Positions 1 to 11,079 of a stretch of DNA of 64,000 nt are shown here, in pieces. Position 1 is the first letter of the stretch; every line of letters starts with the position of its first letter. The DNA comes from Podarcis muralis. Its lineage: Eukaryota. The DNA lies in NCBI RefSeq assembly GCF_964188315.1, contig NC_135667.1, positions 33,232,001-33,296,000 of the forward strand. The letters are read 5' to 3'. The translations under genes were made by a program, and so were the position numbers. Under the pieces are notes generated by a model that saw only the letters and a program-made list of their open reading frames with translations, was not told where the DNA came from and searched no databases.

Positions 1-26
1 TAAGAGAAACTCCAGAGTAGACTCAC

Positions 27-65
27 CTGAGTGACACTGTGTTCAGATAAAGAGCTGTCATCCAC
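27..65 (-). CDS. COPZ2: COPZ2 coding exon 8 (VDDSSLSEHSVTQ); final exon lies left of the window
   Basis: tttttag|GTGGAT acceptor, CAG|gtgagt donor, 39 nt phase 0; matches the zeta-COP C-terminal region (human ADDGGLTEQSVAQ). Confidence 0.9.
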
Positions 66-861
66 CTAAAAACAGGCAGGGGAAAGGTGAGGAAATTTAA
101 GGGGATCTGAAGAGCAAAATGCTGAAGACACAGACAATGACATTTCCTTTAAATATACCACAAGCGAGAAATTGAGCAGCTAAAGACCATTATGACAAAA
201 ATTATGAATAAGGTGTTGGGAGAGATACACCCAGGCCAACCCAGGCAGCTTTTTTCAGGGAGATCTCTTGAAGAACTAATTCAGAAACCGAGATAGGGGA
301 AAAACTCATCCGGTCTTGCACTGGCTAGGACAAAAAGTGGGTAGGTGATGGCTTGAGGGAGGAAAGTATGGTGTTTTTCACCTTATCTGCCCCCCCTTTG
401 TTATTATCTCTGACAGCAGAGCAACAAGGGCTGCAAAGTTTCTGCACCTGTAACTGGGAGGCTTGTGAGGGAAGATCTGCTTCTCTGCAGGAAGAAAGAG
501 GGATCTGTTCTGTTCTGTCCTATGGCCCCTAGGATGACTTTCCAGGGACCATGGGATTGTATCCTAACTAAATTTACGGACAAACTGGATGTAGCACCAT
601 TCAGAGAATTATCAACGGTGTGCATGACTTTTTTAAAAAGCCCACTCCCCCACAATCTGGATTAGGCTCCTGGCACGGGGGTGGGTGGGTGTTAAGGTAG
701 GCTTTAACCCTTCCCCCCCCTTCTGCAGTCCCAATCCAGATCAAATGCCCCATGCCTGCTCTTTGTAGTGAATGGGAAGGGAGCATGAATGGGAGCTTTT
801 CTTCCATAACAACAGCAAGTGCAGCCCCCCTCCCAAATTCCCACACCAGATTCCTGATCTA

Positions 862-1311
862 GATACGGCCTAGGACCCTCTATACGGCCTAGGACCCTCG
901 TACCTACGGGACCGCCTCTCCTGGTATGTCCCACAGAGAAATCTACGGTCTGCAAATAAAAACATCCTAAAGATCCCAGACCACAGAGAGGTTAGGCTGG
1001 CCTCAACTAGAGCCAGGGCCTTCTCGGCCGCGGCTCCAATCTGGTGGAACGCTCTGTCACAAGAGACTAGGGCCCTGCAGGACCTGACATCCTTCCGCAG
1101 GGCCTGCAAGACAGAGCTGTTCCACCAGGCCTTTGGTCAGGGCGCAGCCTGACCCCCTCCTCTGGCAATCGGCAATCTGCACAGAATTTTGCTTGATGGT
1201 TGCCATTAATTTGACTTTAATTTGATTTGATTAATTTTATAATGAATGTTTTAGAATGTTGTTAGCCGCCCTGAGCCCAGCTTCAGCAGGGGAGGGCGGG
1301 ATATAAATAAA

Positions 1312-1343
<32 letters not shown>
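862..1343 (+). mobile_element. L2 LINE 3' fragment with (TAT)n tail
   Basis: Translates to an L2 ORF2 C-terminus (YGLGPSYLRDRL...RAFSAAAPIWWNAL...RRACKTELFHQAF); ends gccgccctgag...ataaataaa(tat)n. Confidence 0.75.
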
Positions 1344-2831
1344 GATGAGCCTGCAGTTTGTTTTTTAAGAGCCATTCGCACAACTGGTAATTCTGTGAAT
1401 GGTTTCTTCGTCTAGTTTGGTCCCGATCCTATTTCCCATCACAGGGGCAAAACCATACGAATAGCACCGATATTTAACATCGAGAGCATTGTTACACTCA
1501 AAGAGTTGTCCATGCTGCAGGCTCATGTCCTCCTTAAAAAAAACAAACTTGGAAAGCAAACCCAAATATGGGAAGAGTTTGTGCATATTCTGATGAAGTG
1601 GGAACATAGTTTAAAACTGCTGTTGACACAGCATGCTTAGAAGCTCACACATATACCACATCATACCAGGCACACACATGCGGCATGTGTATTGCGACTG
1701 ACTCATCCTATACAAATATAGGCTACCCCTCTGGCCACTTATTAAAAATCATTTATTTAGCTTTAATTATAGCATCCCTCCACCAGCATCCTCATGGGAT
1801 GAAAGACAGAAGCAACCCCTTCGCAGCAGGACACTTATGTAAAATGCAATAAAATTGCACCATTTTCTCTTCCCTTAATTGCAAAAAGTTTGCCATGTCT
1901 GCAATGGAAGGCACCCACAATCCTGTTGTCCTGTTGCCTGCTGGAGACATTTCTCTTTCCACAAGCCTCTTTAGAGAATTGATTTGATTCTGTGTTGGTC
2001 GTTTCTTAATTTACTTTGAAACTTTATAAAGTTTTAATGATTTTACTGTATACTCTTTTTTTGAATGAATTAGCAGTTCAGAAATCCTCTTGTAAAATAA
2101 ATATAATAAAAAGTTCCATTCCTGGGAGGCAGGGAAGCAACCACTGATAATACAAAAGTTTTGTTTGTGCCCTATAGCAGATTCAGTCTCTTTTCCATCT
2201 CCTTGGCTACCTTTGCTTCCTACTTCTTTACCTAGCCACCTCCTTTCTGCCAACAACATACAATCTCATAGAACCATTGTGTGTGTGTGTTTATAACAAC
2301 AGCAATTCGATATAAGCTGGCCAGAGATGCGCTGGCTTCACACAGGTTCTGGCCTAAATGGTACCATGAGATCAAAATGTCTGGGTACCCGTATCTGGGC
2401 TTTTTTTGCTTTCTTGAAATTGTGCCCCCCCCCCCATTCCTACATGCACACAAGCTAGTTTTAGCCACAGCCCCAAAAAGGGCCTAGAGGTGTGGGGAAA
2501 GCCAGACAGGTAGAAAGGAGGGAGAGAATCTCCCTGGACGATTTGGAATGCGGGATAAAGGAAGCAGGATGATTTTAACCCAGCCAGATGCCATGCTGCA
2601 TTAGAGCGACGTGCTTAGAAGGAAGTCAAGTCTTACTCCTGCATCCTGTTTGCGAGAACAGTTCGCTATTTGTAGAGCCTCTCGGGCAAAATTTCATTGT
2701 ATTCGGAGTTACCCGTGATGTAATCAAAGAGAACAAAGCCATAAGCTGCAGGCTCGGGGATCGTCTGAGGTGGAAAGAGGTTCAGGGAGATGAGCAAGGG
2801 AACAAAGTGCAGAGATGAGAGAATATTTACA

Positions 2832-2906
2832 GGAAGGAAGGAAGGAAGGAAGGAAGGAAGGAAGGAAGGAAGGAAGGAAGGGAGGGAGGGAGGGAGGGAG
2901 GGAGGG
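2832..2906. repeat. (GGAA)n(GGGA)n microsatellite
   Basis: Directly visible; pyrimidine tract on the COPZ2 sense strand. Confidence 0.95.
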
Positions 2907-2915
2907 ACCACTTAC

Positions 2916-2967
2916 CCTAAAATTCAGCTTCTGGATGACTTGCTGGGCATCACTTTCCAAAATCACA
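2916..2967 (-). CDS. COPZ2: COPZ2 coding exon 7 ((G)VILESDAQQVIQKLNFR)
   Basis: cattttag|TGTG acceptor, AGG|gtaagt donor, 52 nt; zeta-COP motif VILESD.QQV. Confidence 0.95.
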
Positions 2968-3768
2968 CTAAAATGGAGAAGAGAAATGCAACATCTTGGG
3001 AAGGGAGATTTTGATCTGTGTCTCTGGCAAGAACTATGCAGTTGTTATGCAGCTGTTGCGAGGAATCCAGAAGCATTTGGGGAAGCGATTCTAAAGCACT
3101 TTACACTACTGATCCAAATGCAACGTTTTGTTGCCACACACTGCATTTCTTTTAAGAAACAGTTTGTGCAATTGTGGCTGCGGCTTACTGGCTGTTGTCA
3201 GTGATGAACAGCACCATGGCATTCCTTGTGCCATTTGGCGACATTTATTTTATGCGCTGCTGTTTTCTAAAGCCCTGTTCTCATTTTATATCTGATCTCT
3301 CCCTAGGCTGCACCATGGCAGTGTAAGAACATTTATGAGAGCCTTTAAAAACAAAAGTAGTAACTCCCACTAAGTTCCTCTCTTCCTCCTGGTATTTTGT
3401 GAAACCTTTTTCATTTCATTTCCCTCAAGCAAGGGAGCAATGCATCAACTGCAATTCTGCCTTTTGAAAAGGAGAAATTACCTTTAATTGTGAGTCTCTT
3501 ACTAGTGCAAAAAGTAGGAGAAAACACATCTAATGGGTTGTTTGTAAAACATGAATTAATTGAGCTCACATTTTGTTACTTGGGTTTACATTTTAACTGG
3601 ATTCCTTAATGTGATTTAGGTACTCAGCAAGTGTTTGAATCTCAGTGAGTTGGATGAGCTATGGCAGATCCTTTTAACTCCAGATTTAAAACAGGGTGAC
3701 ATGAGCCAGCTTGCTGAGATCTGCCAAATTAATTCATTTCCCTTTTCTCCCCTTCCACATGATCTCAC

Positions 3769-3846
3769 CCGCCATCAACGATCTCATCCACCACAAGGAA
3801 CACCCCATCCATGTTTTCCACCAGGGTTCGCTTCTCCACGTTCTTT
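3769..3846 (-). CDS. COPZ2: COPZ2 coding exon 6 ((R)[25 protein letters not shown](G))
   Basis: ag/gt bounded, 78 nt, phases fit neighbours; sigma/zeta adaptin DEIVDGG motif. Confidence 0.95.
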
Positions 3847-4555
3847 CTAGATACAAAACAAGACAAGGCAACTATGAGCACCAGGAACATATCTACCCTA
3901 CTAGATTCAAACTAGTTTAGGAGTCATTTCTGTGCTGGTCAAGCCACATCTGGGGAACTGTGTCCAGTTTTAGGTGCCATATTTTAAAGAAGGACAAACG
4001 GGAGTGTGCCAGAAGGAGAACAACCAGGATGGTGAGAGTTCTGCAAAGGGGCAGAGCTTCTTGTTGTATTTGGACAATAAAAAGGAGTGCTGCCCAAATG
4101 ATAGCAAAATGGATGGTACGCAAGCCTCCTTAAGGTCGGTATTCCATGGGCAGGGTGCCACTACTGAAAAGGCTCTCTCCTTCATTGTCACTAGCTTCAC
4201 ATTTGATGACGGGGCACCTAGAAAACAGTCACAGATGCAGATTCTTGCTACCAGTTTCTTGGTATTTGAGGAGACAGTCCATTAAAATACCCTATAAATC
4301 AAGGGGAACATTTGGAGAAGGAACTTATCTTGCCAATAAAAGCTTTTCTGGAAAGCAGGAGATACTTTGTGTCTGGAGATACTGTTAATCTGCTATTGCA
4401 ATAGACCCAATCCACTGAGAAATTCTCAGTTTAGCCATTCCCTGTATCATGCAGCTTCACTTGCTTCTTTGAGCCATCTTATGTTCTTTGTTCTATAGCT
4501 ACACTTCTCTGCAATATGCCCATCCTCTGTTTTGTACCAAACTATGATCTGGATT

Positions 4556-4910
4556 GGGGACCCAGGTTGCGCTGTGGGTTAAAACACAGAGCCTAGGACT
4601 TGCCGATCAGAAGGTCAACGGTTTGAATCCCCGCGACGGGGTGAGCTCCCGTTGCTCAGTCCCTGCTCCTGCCAACCTAGCAGTTCAAAAGCACATCAAA
4701 GTGCAAGTAGATAAATAGGTACCACTCCGGCGGGAAGGTAAACGGCGTTTCCGTGCACTGCTTTGGTTCACCAGAAGCGGCTTGGTCATGCTGGCCACAT
4801 GACCCAGAAGCTGTACGCCGGCTCCCTCGGCCAATAAAGCGAGATGAGCGCCGCAACCCCCGAGTCGGTCACGACTGGACCTAATGGTCAGGGGTCCCTT
4901 TACCTTTACC
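4556..4910 (+). mobile_element. Sauria SINE, full length
   Basis: tRNA-like head, (ACCTTT)n tail, 13-bp TSD tatgatctggatt (4543-4555 / 4911-4923). Confidence 0.9.
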
Positions 4911-5041
4911 TATGATCTGGATTACGAGCACATGGGCACACATACTATCTTTGGGCAACAGGGCAGAGCGATTATTTCTTTCGTTCCTTGCACTTTGTGA
5001 GAATGTCATTGATTTCCACTGGGATTAATGATGATACTCAC

Positions 5042-5097
5042 CGCAGCATATGGTTGAGAGATTCAAAGAGACAGGTGAGAACGGACATCAACATCAG
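5042..5097 (-). CDS. COPZ2: COPZ2 coding exon 5 (LMLMSVLTCLFESLNHML(R))
   Basis: ttaatag|CTG, CG|gtgagt, 56 nt; near-identical to mammalian COPZ2. Confidence 0.95.
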
Positions 5098-5577
5098 CTA
5101 TTAAAAGGTGGGGCCAAGAAAGGAAGACTCACATCAACAAAAACAAAATCAAGTGATCTTTTAAACATGTATTTCTCCCTGACCATCTACTAGAAACATA
5201 CAGAGCAGACAGAACATAGGTTGCTTTCATGTAGGGGCCCCAAAGCTTTGCTTTGCTGAAATTAGCTGAGAACAGAAGCAAACGATGATTCTACACGACA
5301 TGTAACATAGCACTATTACTTGACAATGTGATGACTTTGTAAAATCTTTACTCAGAGTCCTGTCCATTTGTAAAGTCATGTGTAAGTTTAATTTGAACCT
5401 TTCTCTTCATGGTTTCTACCTATAACTGTTTTCCATTCAACATTTTTTTTTTTGGGGGGGGGGGAGTAACAGAAATGAAAGGCAATGAAACCACAAAATA
5501 CAAAGTACAGGATATCACTTAAGGCTACATGTCACTATTTAGCTCATTTACCTGCTGGCTAAAAAAAAAGTATTTAC

Positions 5578-5669
5578 CTCATTCTCATGGGGACTTCCCA
5601 CTACATAAAAGAAAAGATCAATGCTGCTTTTATAGACAATGGTCAGACCTTCCAAAAAAGCAATCTCAC
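5578..5669 (-). CDS. COPZ2: COPZ2 coding exon 4 ((S)[30 protein letters not shown])
   Basis: cctcag|GT, GAG|gtaaat, 92 nt; within ORF 5548..5829. Confidence 0.95.
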
Positions 5670-5721
5670 CTGAGGAAAACAAGAAAGAGAAATGATGTTT
5701 AGAGAGAGAAGCGGGAAAGCT

Positions 5722-5874
5722 CTTAGAATCACAGAACTGTATTGTTGGAAGAGACCACGAAGGGCTTCTAGTCCAACCCCCAATGTTAAAATGCAGGAAT
5801 ATTTCACTCAATGTGGGGCACAAACCCACAACCCTGCGATTAAGAGTCTAATGCTCTACCAACTGAGCTATCCC
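5722..5874 (-). mobile_element. tRNA-Lys-derived SINE with CR1-like 3' tail
   Basis: Reverse strand GGGATAGCTCAGTTGGTAGAGCATTAGACTCTTAAT head followed by CR1-type tail (GGACTAGA...TTCCAAC...TCTGTGATTCT). Confidence 0.75.
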
Positions 5875-6616
5875 ACCTCTGAGAACTTTACAAACTCCAT
5901 CAGGCCCTGCCTCATTTGCTTGTGGACTGGTGACCTTATTTCTGATTTTTATTTTTTAAAAATGATTTCTAACAGTTTAATTCTGCTGCAGTTGTAAATG
6001 GATGGAATCTGAGTCAGCCAGGTAGTTTCCGATTGGCTCCATCTGACTGAGATGGAGTTTATTTACCTTTAAAAGGGTGTGCCAAGCTGTCCCAGAGCTG
6101 AAGGGGTTTTCTCTTGACTGCACCCAGAACAGTGTGGCATGGCAGAGTTAGGGACCAAAAGGAGGACTGCCAACCTCCGGCTGCAGATAAGGCAAACGCC
6201 TTGTCCAACACACACAGGTTTCTAACAGTTAGAGCATACAAGATCTGTGCTTGGCATAACATCTTCTAAGTGGCAGGTTTTTATTTTATTTTTTAAAAAA
6301 CTGCTTACTCCTCTCCAGATAATGGCTAACATTTCTACAGGAGTACCTATTTGAAATGCAAACCAGTGGAGGGGCTTTGTCTTGGGGTAAATATGTCTCC
6401 TAACCAGCAACTAAATTTGCTTTAGGAGTGCAGGCCAAATTCAACCCATACTCCTCCTCCTCCGTGGTGCAGAAAAACCTTCTGCAATGTGTCCTCCTCT
6501 TTATCTCTCTCCATCACTTAGGCCAGTTGCTGGACCACTCCACATTGCCATCACCTGTCCCTTTGTCACTCCAAGTGTCTCTTTTCACTCTTGGTTGACG
6601 GAAATATTTCTGGTCC

Positions 6617-7295
6617 CACCTGCACTATACATTTAAAGCAATATCATACCACTTTAAACAGTCATGGCTTTTCTCAACATATCCTGGGAGCTGTATTATT
6701 TTAAAGGGTACTGAAAGTCCCCCTATTCCCCTCTCAGAGCTATAGTTCCCAGAGTTCCCTAAGAAGAAAGACTGATTGTTAAACCACTTTGGGAACTGTA
6801 GCTCCATGAAGGGAATAGGAGTCTTCTAACAACTCTCAGGGACGTGGGTGGTGCTGTGGGTTAAACCACTGAGCCTAGGGCTTGCCGATCAGAAGGTCAG
6901 CGGTTCGAATCCCCGCAACGGGGTGAGCTCCCGCTGCTCAGTCCCTGCTCCTGCCAACCTAGCAGTTTGAAAGCATGTCAAAGTGCAAGTAGATAAATAG
7001 GTACCGCTTTGGCGGGAAGGTAAACAGCGTTTCCGTGCGCTGTTCTGGTTCGCCAGAAGCAGCTCAGTCCTGCTGGCCACATGACCCGGAAGCTGTACGC
7101 CAGCTCCCTCGGCCAATAAAGCAAGATGAGCGCCGCAACCCCAGAGTCGGCCATGACTGGACCTAATGGTCAGGGGTGCCTTTACCTTTATAACAACTCT
7201 CAGCCCATTTAACAAACTACACTTCCCAGAATTCTTTTGGGGGGTGGTGTCTGTTTAAAGTGACATGATACTGTGTTAAATGTACAGTGCAGATG
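6617..7295. mobile_element. Fold-back MITE-like element interrupted by a Sauria SINE
   Basis: Inverted ends cacctgcactatacatttaa / ttaaatgtacagtgcagatg; related copy near 15580-15775. Confidence 0.55.
6840..7190 (+). mobile_element. Sauria SINE nested in the MITE
   Basis: 13-bp TSD taacaactctcag (6827-6839 / 7191-7203). Confidence 0.9.
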
Positions 7296-7407
7296 TTGTC
7301 TCTGCTTCTCAAGGGAAGGAGAAGAGCCAAGGAGATTTATGGTTGAGTGCTTGGTGGTACTAGAAGCTGCTGGTTGTTTGTCTATACTTTAATGGCCACA
7401 TACTCAC

Positions 7408-7489
7408 TGTCAGTCTTGTGGGTCTTGTTGAAGACATTCCTTTCGAAACTCTTCTGTTCCTTCATAGATGGAAAGGTGTCGTCATAATA
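7408..7489 (-). CDS. COPZ2: COPZ2 coding exon 3 ([27 protein letters not shown](S))
   Basis: ccacag|TAT, ACA|gtgagt, 82 nt; [12 protein letters not shown] is COPZ2-type. Confidence 0.95.
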
Positions 7490-8982
7490 CTGTGGAGAGC
7501 CAGAACAAGAGGCTCAAAACAAGGATGAGGCAGCATAGGAGTAGGGAATGGCTAACAAATAAGAATCAGCTCTATCCAGAGTTTAGAGCAGGGATTGGGA
7601 ACCTGTGGTCTTCCAGCTGTTACTGGACTACAAATTCCAACATCCACGATCACTGGATGTGCTGGCTGGGATTGATGGGAGCTGGAGTTCCCACAACATT
7701 CATGTTCACTGAAAATGAAAATCCCCTTGATGTGAAAATTGGTAAAAGCCTGTTAGAGAACAGTTCTCCTGAGCAATAGATATAGCAATAGCTATCAGGC
7801 ATGATAGCTAAATGGAACTTCCATATTCAGAGACAATCTATATCCAAGCACCAAATGATAGGGATAAACAAGGGGACACTATTAACTTCTTGGCCCACCT
7901 GGGAGCGCTCAGAAACACTTGGCTGGCTGATGGTGGAAACAAAATTTTGGACTACATCAGAGGTGGGCTTGAATGCAGCCCTCAAATTTCTTGGATGCTC
8001 CCACCTCTGGAATCTTCCATTTATCTCTGGGTTGGAGGGAGAGGGAGTGAAGGTGAGATAAAGCGAGAGAGAGACTGCCCATGGATCTCTTGCCACTCTA
8101 GCCTTCATACTCTGCTTTCTCTCTCAACAGTTTTAACAGTCTTTCACACTCTCGCTCCTGCACTCTATGGTTTCTCTCTCAAGAATGAGTAACGTGTACA
8201 TTAGGCATGGGCAACATGTGGCCCTCAGTGTGGCTAATAGTCAGGGATAATAGGAGCTGTGTTCAGTGACATCTGGAGGTCCACAGGCCCTTCATCCCTA
8301 ACATGAGTGATGAAGAGAGAGTGAAAAACGATTACCTGTCAGAATGCATAAAGGTGGAGTCAGTGGCTGAAATTGATGGGGACACATTTACGAGAACAGG
8401 AAGTTATTCCCATGATACAAAGACTCAACTGATGGAACTCAATGAACACAAAGTGTTTGGTCCCAAGTAGCGAAAATAGCTTTTCAAAGGGATTGGATAG
8501 CTACATGGGGCACTAGTACAGCTGGGGCAATTAGCCAAGGTAATAAGGATTTCTTGCTGACCTCATACTAGGAAATAACAACAGAAGGCAGATGTTGCCC
8601 TCCTTTTGCACTGTCCCCCCCCCCCCGAACTTGGTTGGTTGCTGTTAAGCAGTGATCCAGCATAGCAATTCTTAATTTCTGGGATGGAGTCAACAAGCCC
8701 ACCCCAATGAATGGTCTGAGGACACATGCTACGGCTGCACTGTTCAAATTAAGCAGGTCTCATCTCTCTCTGGATGTGAGATTGACTGCAAGTCTCAGAT
8801 AAGTTGCTCTGGCCTCAAAGGACAAGTAGTAGGATTCCTTCTTTCATGTGTTTGACCTCCACTACTGAATGCACCCCAGCAGAGATCATCTATTCCCAAC
8901 CTGAGAAATGGTATTCATAATTCTACCTGATGTCTTACCAGAGTGGAACTGAGCCTTTAAAAAAATTGGTGGAGGTACCTGC

Positions 8983-9051
8983 CTTGGCCAAAAGTCGCTG
9001 CCCAAAGCTGTCCAAGATGAAAATTGCCTTGACAGTGTAAAGGGACGGTTC
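8983..9051 (-). CDS. COPZ2: COPZ2 coding exon 2 (EPSLYTVKAIFILDSFGQRLLAK), GC donor
   Basis: cctag|GAA acceptor; frame to exon 3 requires AAG|gcaggt donor; 69 nt. Confidence 0.9.
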
Positions 9052-10019
9052 CTAGGATCAAAATGAATTAATTTTATTTAGATGAAGGGATAAGAATGTA
9101 CTTTTAAAAAGCCAGAAAATATTAAGTGAGAGCTATGAAAATGTGCCATTTAGCTTGTACTACCACAAATACAAGTACCATATACCATGTAGCTAACATA
9201 TCTAAATATCTAAATCAATGGGCATTTTTGGTTGAAGAGCAGGGTAGTTGTTTTACAAAAATAAAAAATTAATTAATTAATTAATATGGAACTTAGCACA
9301 AAAATATATACAAAAAAGGACCCTGCCCCCTATAAGCTTACAGTTCAAAATTGTTTTGATTTCCCCAGCTGCACTCAATCTTTTCACTCTCTGGACTGGC
9401 ACTGCACCTCTTTCATTCATATTTCTAGCTAACTACTTTCCATGCATCTCCGATCTCACTGGTGTTTCTGCAAAGTAGGTCTACACCCACACAAAAACAA
9501 CAAAGCCCACCAGCAGCAGCAGCCATATATTATGGCCTACCAAGCGCTTCACAACTCTTTCTGCACTCCCCAAACAGGAAATGGTACTTCCTGTCTCTCT
9601 GGGTTCCCTCTACAGAACTTGTTCAAGATAAATTGTTTCCATAGCTTATTTACTAAGGACCACTTGCTACTACTATTTCATGGTAGTGAGTTCTTGGTCC
9701 CTCACATTCTACATGGCAGACTCCCCTGAGGTGCCTCCCTCCATGCCTTTGGGTCCCACTCTGCCTGAAACCCACCCCTGTATGAGTCTCCCCATCTTCA
9801 TTTAGTAAGGATTCTGTTATCTGTCCCTGGATGTGGAATGCTGAACCACTTCCCTCTCCCTGGGGTCTGTCCCTTCCCCTTTCACAATACTGTTTTTTTG
9901 AGATCCCACTAATTCTGAGTGCCATCTCTTTTAACTTTGTATGGCTGATGACACTGTGTCAGTTCTTCCTGGGGACAGAACTGATCATGGAGAGAAGGAC
10001 TGTGTCCCACAACAAATGA

Positions 10020-10125
10020 AATGGAAGTCCATCGGTATCTGAAGAAGTGTGCATGCACATGAAAGCTTATACCAGAACAAACTTAGCTGGTCTATAAGGT
10101 GCTACTGGACAATTTTTTATTTTTT
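10020..10125 (+). mobile_element. Penelope-like element terminal fragment
   Basis: ctgaagaagtgtgcatgcacatgaaagcttatacc...ggtctataaggtgctactgg resembles squamate Penelope ends (recognition only). Confidence 0.5.
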
Positions 10126-11079
10126 TTATTTTTATTTCTACAATAAATAGTATCTCTCCAGCTTTGTTGACCCCAGAAACCTAGAATTCTCCCCCATTTC
10201 CCCAGGATTTCCTGATTCGCAATGTCTTTTATGAGGTGCTCCTTGAAGTGCTGTCCACTTAAAGACTTTACCGTCGAAGAGTGGGATGAGGAACCAGAGG
10301 CACTCCTAATGTTGTTGGACTCTCGCTAGCTGCAGGCAGAACAGCCCACAGTCACAGATGCTGGGAGTTGTAGTCCAACAACATGTGCAGAGCCTCAGCT
10401 TCCTCTTCATTGATCTAAGACCTCCTGAAACACATACCTTGGGCCAAACAAAAAAATAAATGTAAGCCATTTTGGCCTATAAGAAAAATTTCATATTTCA
10501 TATTATGGCAATACATTTATTAGCCTCCCCCTTAGGTCAGTTATTCTCTTCTCCTCTGTTTTGTTTACAATCCTAGCCTGATTAAGACTTCTGGAGAACT
10601 TGAAAGCTTAAACACTGCTTTGTTATATTTTGTTTAGTCTAATAAAGGCATTGCCCTAATATGGATTTTGGAATCTTTCCTTAAGTAACTGTCACACCCT
10701 GTCTGTGGTGTAATTATTCACTCTGAATATTGCTTTTGGGTTAAAGGGTTCCCCCTGGAGAAAGCTCACTTTGGACATTACTTCAACACTGGTAGGGGTA
10801 AACTGGTGTCCAGACTAGACTATTTTCGACTGCAAGTGGAAGCTGGTATGATGGAATGTGGGGACTCCCACAAGAAAAATAGATTCACCTACCCACACAG
10901 AAAAGGAGCCTATCAGGAAGAAGGCGAGGCTGTGTTCCAACCCTTCTCCGTTAGCTCTAGTTTTCTATGCGCAGGGGAGTTTTCTTTCGCATAGGTAAAC
11001 CCTTCAATCATGTGGAAACCCCCCCCCCCTTGCAGTCCAACGTGGTGCAGCTGAGACACATGTTTACCACTTCAGCAAG

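Noticed and set aside
2666-3204. ORFs with PSFL/EGRK repeats
   Set aside because: Translations of the (GGAA)n(GGGA)n microsatellite.
5805-5874. tRNA-Lys-like sequence on the minus strand
   Set aside because: T-arm and acceptor stem are degenerate and it runs into a CR1-type tail; a SINE head, not a tRNA gene.
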